This document shows positions 1 to 11,200 of a DNA stretch of 64,000 nt, in pieces. The stretch comes from Tubiluchus corallicola. Lineage: Eukaryota > Animalia > Priapulida. Made by a program: the position numbers and the translations under genes. The DNA lies in NCBI GenBank assembly GCA_030141605.1, contig JAQGDQ010000476.1, positions 1 through 64,000 on the forward strand. The letters run 5' to 3'. Positions within the stretch are counted from its first letter, which is position 1; each line of letters starts with the position of its first letter. The notes under the pieces were generated by a model. That model was not told where the DNA came from, searched no databases, and saw only the letters and a program-made list of their open reading frames with translations.

Positions 1-135
1 CAGATGCACTGCTGATTGCAATATGTGTTTACTATTTATAAAAAATGAATATATGATGTACAACTGCAATTAATTAGCATATGATCTATTTATTTTCTAC
101 TACACATTTAAACCCAGACAAATATTTACCATAAA

Positions 136-1260
136 TCATTCAAGTTTTTCTATACACATGCAGTGCAATACATAATCGCAGACGTAATTCTTTGCATCTG
201 CTGCAATGCTGTTTGCATGCCTCTTGTAGAATTCATTCACTATTGCTTCTTTTTCTGGAAGTGGTCGTTCATCTGATAAGCTGGAAATAAACATTGGTCT
301 TGACCAAGGTTTGATTGATGCTGCAAGATTCTCCGCGTAAGCTTTAGCTGAGCCTGGTTCTTCTTTTTCTTTCAAAAATTTGTTATACATTGGACATTGT
401 ATTATTTTAGTTTGAAAGTCTGTTATCTTCATTCCAAGTCTCTCCTGTGATGGGTTTTCGTTCTTAAATGGTTCAAGCAATTCAGATTTATTATAGAAGT
501 AAATATTGAATGTTGTCTCTTGGTACTCTTCTGGGGTGATGATTTTGTTCGATAACATTGATTCCCAGTCCTCTGCGATTCTATCTTTATATGACTTTCC
601 AGACCGGGATGTGCTGCCTATGAAATGTCCCTCATTTGTCACACCTAGTGTAGTGATGATGATCTGTCCTCCTTTTCTGAGTTCGTTCTTTCTGCTTCCC
701 AGAAAATTTTTCCAGTCCTTAGCAGCCTGCTTCTCAAACTGTTCTTTCTCAGAAATGTCTGTGATGCCCACATGAAACAAATGACCAGTGATGTTACAAG
801 GCTTCTTGGAAAGCCAATGAAGCGACATCGTGCATAACCCCAAGTGAACGGAATCATCTGGTACGCATTGCTGATAAAACGAAGTTCCATTTACTAATAT
901 ATAGACTTTGTTCTGTTCATTCATATAACTTGTTACTTCTGGCATCTTTCCAAGCACTAATGTGAACAAACCATGAAAATTTTGTGTCAATTTGTCATTA
1001 TAGATAACTTCTATACTGATATCTTGCCCATGGGTTCTTTTGACGATTGTAATTATGTTCTTCATCAGGTGAAGTCCTAAGCCACCATTGCCTGATCCAA
1101 AGTCGACTATTCTAAATACATTTTCAATGTTTGGCAGAAACCTTGCAGTTTTTGCACAATTTGAGCTAACGGCATAAGCAGCATCTATTGTCATATGGTA
1201 TGCAGACAGGATTGGTAAGGTTTTGCGGTATTCATTTTCGGTAATTTGTGTGTTTTCCAT
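136..1260 (-). CDS. SAM-dependent carboxyl methyltransferase, SABATH / Methyltransf_7 family; single coding exon
   Basis: 397-aa ORF with family motifs IVDFGSGNGG (SAM motif I), VIYND..TQNF and GTSFYQQCVPDDSVHL...SLHWLS. A polypyrimidine/AG acceptor near 1297 suggests the real start is the ATG at 1260 (MENTQ) rather than 1329. Confidence 0.85.
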   Translation of the reverse strand: MENTQITENEYRKTLPILSAYHMTIDAAYAVSSNCAKTARFLPNIENVFRIVDFGSGNGGLGLHLMKNIITIVKRTHGQDISIEVIYNDKLTQNFHGLFTLVLGKMPEVTSYMNEQNKVYILVNGTSFYQQCVPDDSVHLGLCTMSLHWLSKKPCNITGHLFHVGITDISEKEQFEKQAAKDWKNFLGSRKNELRKGGQIIITTLGVTNEGHFIGSTSRSGKSYKDRIAEDWESMLSNKIITPEEYQETTFNIYFYNKSELLEPFKNENPSQERLGMKITDFQTKIIQCPMYNKFLKEKEEPGSAKAYAENLAASIKPWSRPMFISSLSDERPLPEKEAIVNEFYKRHANSIAADAKNYVCDYVLHCMCIEKLE

Positions 1261-3734
1261 TTTCCAATCACAATCTAGCTTCGGCGCCTTTGAAACCTTA
1301 AAACTTAAAAAATAAAAACCTGATTTCATTTTTGTACACTTATTTATAAAATCTGGCAGTTTGATGCATTATTCAGCATAGTCGTGTGGGGACTGACTGA
1401 CTATCTTCACACATAAATGCTATCTAGTAAGATCTGAAAACGAAATAAGGTTCTAGTGAATTGTACAAGTAGGTCAGCTGGCCCACTGAGCGATTTTTTA
1501 GAATCGTAAATTGTTTTCAAGTCGGTTTTACTCGCTTGTCCGGTACCTTGACACAAGAACTTGACGAAGAAAATAAAGAAGGCACGGAGGGGACATCTTT
1601 TCTGCTCTTCCTCTTACTGGTCTGTTCTGCCTGATTTGGCTTACAAATGGAATTGCTTCCTTCCATTTTTTTTCACTGATACCCTTCATAAACTCACGTA
1701 TTTCAACACAAAAGTCTCGTATACATATATACGTACAATCTATTAGAGCCACCTATCGTTATACCACTCATTTTTAATACACTCAGCTATGAGAGTTGAC
1801 TACAAGACGCTGCACCTTTTTGTAAGATATCTCAGAGCCACTAGTTCCTGTATCTAACACCAGTGAAATATCACTCGTACACTCAACAGTGTGGAGTTGA
1901 ATATGTGTTTCTGAATCTTTCCGTAAATTATCTCAGGCACACATTAAAGAGGAACTTCATGCTTACAACCAGAGCCGGCTCTAAGTAGTTTGACGCCCTT
2001 GCAAAAGTATTATGGCGCCGCCTTCTGAAAAGTCAATCCCTTCTCCACGGTCCCCATTTGAAATTGAATTTTTGTTGTGTATAATAATGTATAATAGTAC
2101 CTATGTGTTAGGTTTATACTTGTAGTATAATGTGCTAATTAACTGTAGTTACTTTTAAATTGCCTGTCCACAGCTTATGTTAATTTCATTAATTTGAATA
2201 GAATATGTGATACGATTGTCTTCAGCTAGGAGCTATCAAAATTTCAATTTTTGTTGCACACTCTTCATGTACTTGCACATTCTCTTGGCCAGATTTTCAC
2301 AAGCGAAGCCTTTTCATCAAAAAATGTTTGAAACACTGGGCATAAGCAGGGTAACGCGTCAGTAATATCTACGTGAATGACGTAATGTTAAGAAGCCAGG
2401 TAAAGCAGAACGTGTTTTTGCTAGGTATCTGAATTCTGATGCTTACACACACATCGATTGATTAATCTGAAGTTTATCGTAATTCTCTTGACTGTCTATC
2501 AATTTCAAATTTTCATAGTTCATAAAATTACGTCAGCTGAATTTGTACAATTTATACAGTTTTTCGCAAGCTGGTATAGCAAATGATGGAACAAAGTTTT
2601 AAGCATTTTAAAGTGTTTAAGGGCTTAAGGCCCACATTGTACGATAGTTTTTTCTGCGCCCTTGTACGTAGGTTGTATTTTTTAACGTTTTATAAAATAA
2701 ATGGCTATGTTGCTAGTTTGTGTATAAAACTTATTTTTTTCCAGTGATCGAGGTTCACCAGAATTATTGACAGTAAATATAGCCAGAATTTCTCATTTAC
2801 AAAAATGAGTGATAAAAAACACCTCAAGCATACACTTTTTATAGTATTTAGGCCTACAGCTACAGCTATTCAACGTTTAAAAAGTATGAACCCTTAGCAT
2901 ACTTCATGCTTTTTTTTCTGCAGCTACAATCAATTTCGAGAACATTAAAGAGTTTGTGTCTACTTACTTGTTGCAGTCCGACTCTGCCATTACATATAAA
3001 GTCACTGTAACTCGCTTGCAGACTCATACTAGTGTATTTGTAAGTCTTGTTAACTGCTGCCTTCTAGTAAATCATCATTAAAACTGGTTTTTGCGGGTAA
3101 GTCCTCCAGGGCAGGCGGTGGTAGCCGTGGATCTGGACGTTCGATGTATTTATATAGTGTAGCCACATGCAGTGACATACTTAATTTACCAAAAAATATA
3201 ATATAATATAATGCAATACAATGCAATGCAATGCAATACAATACAATATATATATATATTAACAAAAATTAATCGAAAGATGTTGATGATGATGATAATA
3301 TACATGTAAGAGGTTTCTATGCCTGCTTACCTGCCTGAAAATCTACATTCTACAGCATACAAAATGGCACAAAAGGCTATAAGAAAATCCTGAAAAGCTG
3401 CTTCTATAACAGTACTATACTACTAGGAGCGCTGTTTCTATAAAGAGGGCAATATAGTCAGTCTTATCAGCTTGACTATGCTCAATCCGAAAAAGCTGTT
3501 GCCAGCTTGAAAAACTGGAAAAGGGTCAATAAATGTGAAAAACAAAATGGCCGCCAACTAAACTACATAAAGCAGAAGATATTAATTTCCAGAAAATTAA
3601 CATTAGGAAGCGATTATTATTTCTATTTCAGGATAGTTGAATCTAAGCAATCCGCTTCAGTTACTTTCATTTCAAAAAAAGCCACCTTTTTCAGTATGGC
3701 TGCCACAAAATGAAACATCCACACAAATTTATCC

Positions 3735-4053
3735 AGGGTTGGATTAAAACCATAAGAGGCCCTGAGCACTAAAAAGATATGGTACCCCATATTATATAAT
3801 TCAGAATAAAAACTTGCAGTAAAATTTATTTACAGTAAATGCTAGAGTATCAGCTTTGCAGTGCATAAAAAGATAGATTAAAAATGAATGAAACTGCTAA
3901 CAAACATAGTGAACGCACTTTCATTTTCACTGCTGATAAATTTCGGCATATTTTACTTTTGGATAATTATTTGATTTGAAAGAACCGTGTGTGGTCCTCT
4001 TTCCCTAGCTGAGACCCTAAGCACTTGCTGATGATTAATGGTTGATCCAAGGC
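3735..4053. mobile_element. Putative MITE / non-autonomous DNA element
   Basis: Imperfect terminal inverted repeats CAGGGTTGGAT...GATCCAAGGCTG around a non-coding interior. Confidence 0.35.
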
Positions 4054-4357
4054 TGATTTTATTACACTAGCTGTTTCATCTAAAATATTATTATAAAAAG
4101 AATCAATTTTACCTTAATTGTTGATCCAAAAAGGTGCTAGACCGGAAAAAAAGTGCAAAAAAATTAAATCAGTCTAATAATAAAAAAATAAGAATTACCG
4201 TCGCATGGTCCCTGACATGTGCTCTAACAGAATGCTGAAAATTTTCTTATTTTGCCTAAAAGTTATGAAACTTTTGCATAAGCTAGGACCCATCAAGGTG
4301 ATTAATTCTAGACACGGGGTCAATCGAAAGTCGTCTAATATTGCCGGCGAATTGCCG

Positions 4358-4620
4358 CCATTTTCAAAATGACCGACAAGCCATCATTAATAATTATTAG
4401 CATGCATTGGCCATTCGTAGAACGGACAAGATGATGATTTTGGCATGTATGGGTATAGGTTTCGAAGGACAAGGAATCCACGTCTGGTGCTTAAAAACAC
4501 GTATGACATCACCTTATTTAGAATTCCAAGACGGCTGCAGCGGCTTGTGCAATATATCACCTGTATTGCATGTTCTAAAGCAGATAGGATGGTGATTTTA
4601 GCATTACAGGCCTTAAAGTT
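4358..4620 (+). repeat. Dispersed repeat, with a diverged second copy at ~6140-6410
   Basis: Shared blocks CCATTTTCAA(A/G)ATG(A/G)CCGACAAG and AAGATGATGATTTTG occur in both places. Confidence 0.55.
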
Positions 4621-4659
4621 AAAGGATTTATAGTAGCAGTAGCACTACTACGAAAAAAG

Positions 4660-4900
4660 ATGAGTGGTAAGAAAACTGTGTCATATTTATCACCTCGGAT
4701 TCAAACCAAGTTTATTTCCGCTCTTGGAAAACATGTGAAAGAGAAAATAATTGATCAAGTGAAAGGGGCAAAATATTTTGCAATAATCTTTGGTAGCACA
4801 CTAGATTTATCACACAAGCACCAAACCACTCAAGTGCTGTTTTATTTGAGCGATCAATCTCCTGATGTTGAAGAAATCAGAAAAAACTTCGCAATTGTCA
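4660..4900 (+). mobile_element. hAT (ZMYM1/THAP12-like) transposase fragment
   Basis: The peptide SYLSPRIQTKFISALGKHVKEKIIDQVKGAKYFAIIFGSTLDLSHKHQ matches the degenerate ZMYM1-type hAT signature (Y.S..IQNE.I...I..A.YFSII.D.T.D.SH.EQ). Confidence 0.7.
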
Positions 4901-4901
4901 T

Positions 4902-5700
4902 ATGAATGCAAACGACTATATGGCATTTAGTCATTACAAGCTAAAAATGAATAATGACAAAACAGAATTCATGATACTGTCACCCTCATTAAATACTAAT
5001 GATGCATCATCAACCACATTGACAATAGATAATGCTGATATCAAACAAACTAATAATGTTAAATTCCTGGGCATACAGGTAGACAATAATCTTTCATGGG
5101 AGGAACACTTTAATAACATATACACAAAAATGGCATCTAGCACATCTTATCTCCGATAAGTTAACTAAAAGGAAACTAAAACACTAATATATAAAACTTT
5201 AGTTCTTCCACACTTCTTATATGGACGTACGCTACTTCAAAAAACCAAAAGAGAAAATTACTTAAAATTAAATCTCCTTCAAAACTATGCGTTGAGATTG
5301 ATAGCTGGGTACTCATACAAACATAAGGCAGGTAGACAAAAATTCAAAGCTTCAACAACTAACCTGAGAAAAACTTTAAAATTCCCAATCATTGAAGCAC
5401 ACAAAGAATATTTTACTCTGCTTTTTATATTTAAATACGTTAACAACATCAGCAAACCGTTCCAGAATAACAGATTTACCTTTTTTCCAAATCCTATCGT
5501 TAATTCCAGAACAAGCAATCTAAAACAAATTAGGACAAATACCCACTATGGAACGAACTCTGTAATCAAACAAGCAATTCTACTCTGGAATTCTCTACCA
5601 TTACAGGTTAAACAAATTAAGTCCCTATCAGCATTTAAAACAAAATTAAAATCACTAATATTAACCAGATATGAAATACCATCACACTAGTACGACAACA
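4902..5700 (+). mobile_element. 5'-truncated CR1/L2-group LINE, 3' end of RT ORF2, disrupted
   Basis: LKMNNDKTEFMIL, NVKFLGIQVDNNLSWEEH and LWNSLPLQVKQIKSLSAFKTKLK are typical RT thumb and C-terminal motifs; the frame is broken near 5160. Confidence 0.8.
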
Positions 5701-8253
5701 TACACACTAATTCAGAATTCATATATCCACGGCCATATTAATTAAATCATAGTTTTTTTCGTTTTTGTGCATAGTAATAGTTGTAAATATGTTTGATTTT
5801 ATTCGTCGTTACTTTCCATTACTGCACAGTAGTTTAGATTGCACTCACGCATTTGCCTTCAGCCGTGTAAGTTTTTATTAACTAACACTGATTGATTATC
5901 TCTGTAAAGTTTTTATCAGATATATATATATATTTCGAAAAATGTCATTAAACTTCCAGTTTTTCAGTGTTTTTCATATTTTCGTAAAGAGTAATTACCT
6001 TAGTCTGATGACAGTTTCATATGTGTGTTTATAGCGGTCGAAGGTGTGTTATGTTTAAGGAAGGGGCGCCAATCTGGCTACCGCACAGGGCGGTCAAATC
6101 CCCCACTACGCCACTATACGGTAGTATTCATTACGACAACCATTTTCAAGATGGCCGACAAGATAGCTGTCGCTAGCTTATAAACCCATACGTTAGCTTT
6201 AAAACCAGATAAGATGATGATTTTGATATGTAAATGTAGGGTTTTCAAGATTAAGAAATTTACATCTGATGCACAAAAGCACCCATGACTTTACTTTACA
6301 TTACATTACTTTTAGAATTTCAAGATGATTGAAAATGTTTGCGTAATGTATTAGGTATATTATAATGCTGTACTGGAGATAGACGCTGATATTAGTAACT
6401 AGTTATAGGTTTTGCACATCATTACTCTTTTATTTATAGTGAGCGGTAACAATAACGACGATATCATATGTATGCAACATTCAATATAGGATCTGATAAA
6501 GAAGCCAGACTTCCAGAGTCACTAGCAAACAGCTCGTGATAAATGTGATAAAAAATTTATAGATCCTGAAATGGATAACATAGACAATACTGCTTCTATA
6601 ACAATTTATCACATTCACCGCTACATTTGCACAGAGCTGTGGAAACAAGACCTGCTTGGACGCAATTAAATCTGCTCAGACCCCTTTCCATCCTTTCCAT
6701 GCACGGCGTACTTGGTTGTTGATAAGTATTTAATAAGTTATTGACACGCTTTAGGTCTTATTGTGCAAAAACTTGGCGGCCATTTTGTTTTTCATTATAT
6801 TATCATTTTGTCTGACATTATATTAACCGGTTTCCGCCGAATATTAAGATTTATTATTTTATTGCACTTTAAAGCTTAAAATGCACTTCTTCGTTACAAT
6901 AAAATAATTTTGAAAATAACACTTACAGTATTCACTTATACATACACTTACAGAATCACATTGCAAATTTCATGAAACTCAAGAATGACAGATAAAAATG
7001 TACGTACTATACATTCTTCACATAAAAACATTTTACGCTTGCAATTAATCAATGTATTTCAAAATTTACGTAAATATTTATTTTTGAACAGAGCTGCAGC
7101 TGACCGTATAAAACTGTTTCCACAGCTATTTCTTCTCACTATTGGCCAGATGAAAAGTATCATCAATCAATCTTTTTCGGATTCAGCAAGTACGTGTAGT
7201 CAAATAGACAAAACAAGCTATGTTGTACACTTTAAAAAAATGCTTCCAGGGCGTACGTTTTTTTTTCAATTCGCCAAGTCTAAAATCAATATAGCCATAT
7301 AGTACACGTACCAGTACCACTAAAGTAATTCATAAAGCGACAATATCAGCAGTACATAAAAAATGATAATAGCAAAATATATGGATGCACTACATACAAA
7401 AATTAACTAGGCCTAACTTTTATCAGTCTGGAGTGCAGAATGTATTTATCACTAACTAAGTTAACAAAATATGCTTCCATTAAGACAAAATGCTTAAAAC
7501 AAGATGAAACTACCTATTTTTTTATTGTTTCTACCGTTATTAGAAGGGAAAAGGAAAAGGGAAAGCTTTGTAGACAGGTGTTCGAACAAAACTGTTCATT
7601 TCACTTGTACAACTTGGACAAAGTTGCTTCATTTTGCATACTTGTATATTCATTAAAACGTGTCACAAATTATTTTGCAAAGATTGTTTTGCAATGTTTC
7701 CCGCTCAGTATGCACCATTGGCTTGTACTTAATTACGCCCTTTCAACGTTGAAACCGTAAATGATCTAGTAAAGTTGTATGAACATTCACCTGCTAGGCT
7801 ATTAATAAACAAAAAGTCACTGTCGAGAGACCAATAATTATTCAACCGTCAGTATTATTTCCAGATATAATTAAAAATATTGGAATTACCACACGATGTA
7901 TGCACATGAGTTTTCCTTAAAATACGAAATAAAAATTTTATCACTTCTATTATTATTACTCTTATTTTCCACCAATTTCCGACGCAAATGTCCAAAGGGA
8001 TAATGTATTGGACGCTTATTTTGCTGTGATGGTCGTGTCACGAAACGAAATAAGCTATCGCTTACTGCGAATTAATTGTAAAAGGTTAGCCGTAGTGCCT
8101 GTTTGGATTTGTCGTTGATTGTTGACGAAGTCGAACGTTCTAGAATTTGAATGATGTAGAAATTGTTTCCTTTATAATATTTAATAATAGTACTATTTTA
8201 TTTAAAACACGCAGAAAGTTTTAGCCGAAAAACGCACAGTATTCAGCGGCAAT

Positions 8254-11200
8254 ATGGCTTCAAAAATGCCTAAAGTTGCTAAGGTATGTAGCATCCATAG
8301 GACAAAAACCAAATTTATGATAAATCAACAACAAACGAAATAACGATGCTAATAATTCAAAATTTCATATTATAATTAACGAACACAAAATTGAAGATAT
8401 TGCCAGCGTCAATACTTGGGCCTAGTCATTGATAACAAAGTAACATGGGAACCACATATAAAACACATATTAACATAACATACAAGTTAAGTCGAATTAC
8501 CGGAATAATTTTAAAAATAAGGTACTACGTTGACCAAGATATTCTGAAACTTCTATGAAATTCATTGATTTTCCCTTATTTACAGTATTACATCTTAGCA
8601 TGGGTACATCTTTTGCATCAATTAAAAATTAATACAGACACGACAAAACAAAATAGTAAAATTAATAACTTTTGCTCACAAATATGATCATGCTACACCA
8701 TCGTTCATAAAATTACAAATTTAAAAGTAAGAGATATTTACAGTCTTGAGTTGTTCAAATTTTTGTCTAAATTTATTACCAGAACTTTTTTGTGAATATT
8801 TCACTAATGTTTCTGATATATATTCTTACTTCACAAGAGCTGTTTTTAATGAACAGTATTTTCTGGAGAGATTTTTTACCCAATATAGTTTCAATAGTTT
8901 AAAATCACGAGGTGTTAAATTATGGAATTCGTTGCCAAAAGATACCGTTGAAGGTAACTTATTTTCTGCTTCCAAAAGACACACATAAATCTTACTAAAT
9001 GGATATACCTGTAGTACGTAACTTGTAAGAATAATAAGCAACTAGCAAGTTTTTTCCTCATCACCTAAGTATTTGTTGCTCTTTCTCATATTTACTTTTC
9101 TCATGAATTTTTTTCATGCTTATTTTTTTCCATACTCTCAGTTTTTAACTTTACTTACTAACCTTGGTCAAATTCCCCTGTTAATAAGACCCCATTTGAA
9201 ACTACTACGTATAATAATCCTAATTACTGAATAATTGTATTGTTTTGTTTAGATTTAGGTATTTAACTTTATTATTCTTTGTTTTCAGTTCTTTTTTGAT
9301 AATTTGTGTCATTTGTACTATTTTATTATTTTCTTATTTGTTTTTGTTATTTGCAGCATAACCGTTAATTTTTAATATACTAATCTATCTATAAGAAAGG
9401 GCAGAAGACTAGATAACCCTATGGTCCTTCCCTGCCCTGTTCCATGATTATAATTACTTAATATTTAACAAAATTTTGCTGTAAAACTAATTGGAGAAAA
9501 TAAATGTTCTATGTCTATGACAATACTATCAACTTGGGAGTATCATAAGTTTACAACCTGAGTGAGAGGGAGAAATGCTTACTTTTAGAGTTTAGACCGC
9601 CTCTGTTATCTAGCCTTTAACCTTTACTCTACTTCATTGTACTCACTTATAGTACAGTCACTGTTGTGCTTCGTTTTCTGTTATTACCTAGACTTAGAGT
9701 TTAGACCATACCAAAGTATAAAAGCCAAAATATCAGGTCACACACATATATCAACGCAAAAAGTACTAGCTGAACAAGTATCAGTGTTAACCTAACTAGG
9801 ACCAGAGACTCCAATGACGTACTAACAGGCAGACTACTGACAACGAACATCACAATAAAAGTCCTTTATTAAAGTAAAAAAGACTCTAACAGGTTAGAAA
9901 CAAGTTAGTATGCCCAAGAGAAATCAGTGCACAGATAATTGATGAAGTTTCACACTAGCACGACATTCACAAAACTGAGAACACAGCCTTGTGTTAGACC
10001 CTTCAATTTGATAAACTTAATGCATTATTACTAGAAAAAAGAAAAGAAGAATAATGACAAAGCATCACAAGTTACTAACAGGAGCCAACAATGAAAGATT
10101 AACAGAGTTTAACTCCAAATCAAACAATTCATTACGGCAGCATCAACGATTAGAATCACAAAGGAGCAGCCACTCTGCTTATGTGCAGTGCGGCTCACTC
10201 AACCACTGGCAGGGAAGCATAAAAACAGTAGGAAGTTTTCAAACTCACACGTGTGTAGCGTCACCTCCCGATCATCACTCCAGGGAGTGCTGCACACAGC
10301 GACATAGAGAATTTATTTATAGCATAGAAAACTTCCTTGTAGCCCTCTAAGTCCAGTGGTGAATCGCCGTCCATGATGAATCAAGAACTTAGGGCCTTAC
10401 AAGAAGCAAGACGAGTACTTGAATAGAGAATGAAAAGTGTGAGGAGAGGTTAATAATACTATTGCAGTAGTAGGGTCGGCCACAAAAAAATTTGTTCCTA
10501 TCTTTCCTCACAAGCTCGAAAGATGTCAGTAGGGAGGGAGGATGCTTTTGTATGACTGCATCTGGTAAATATATGAATGTACAAAAAATGATAAAATTCC
10601 TGGCCCGGCGTGCGATAATAAATGTTGCCTGTGTAATTAGACGGAAACAGAAGTATTTTTATTGTCGGCCTAGTAGTGTATCATACTGGTGTATTATTGC
10701 CTACAAGGCAGTTCCATTATTTATGCCATTGATGCATAGTCCAGTTGTGATATATGTATCATATGAAAATGCAGAGACACTGCCTTGTTACCACCAAACA
10801 TTAGCATATCACTTCTACTTGACAATTTAAGAAATGTGCTGCTGTTTGTACTGTCCTAGTACTTTACAGCCTAACAGAAAAGGTCTTATACGTCGTACTG
10901 AAAAAAACAAAACACTGATATTTGACTTAAATTAGATAAGGCATTATTAGTATAATCCCAATAATTGTTTGTCAGTATCAGATTCTAATTTTTATTTTTT
11001 TTATTTGTTACCATGGGTTAGTCAATATAAGTTTACAAACTTGTGCGAGGCATAAACAAAAAGGAGAAAACTGAGGAATTTCTGACATAGCAGAAACTAA
11101 TTATTTTTAGTCGAGACTGAAATTTTATTAGGTGGTTGTTCTTTAGTATTATTATTGGCTTTTTGAATGCTAGCTTTTCCATTCCTACCTTATATAAGCC

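Noticed and set aside
9700-10480. Possible degraded retroelement on the minus strand
   Set aside because: The composition is suggestive, but no motif could be assigned with confidence.
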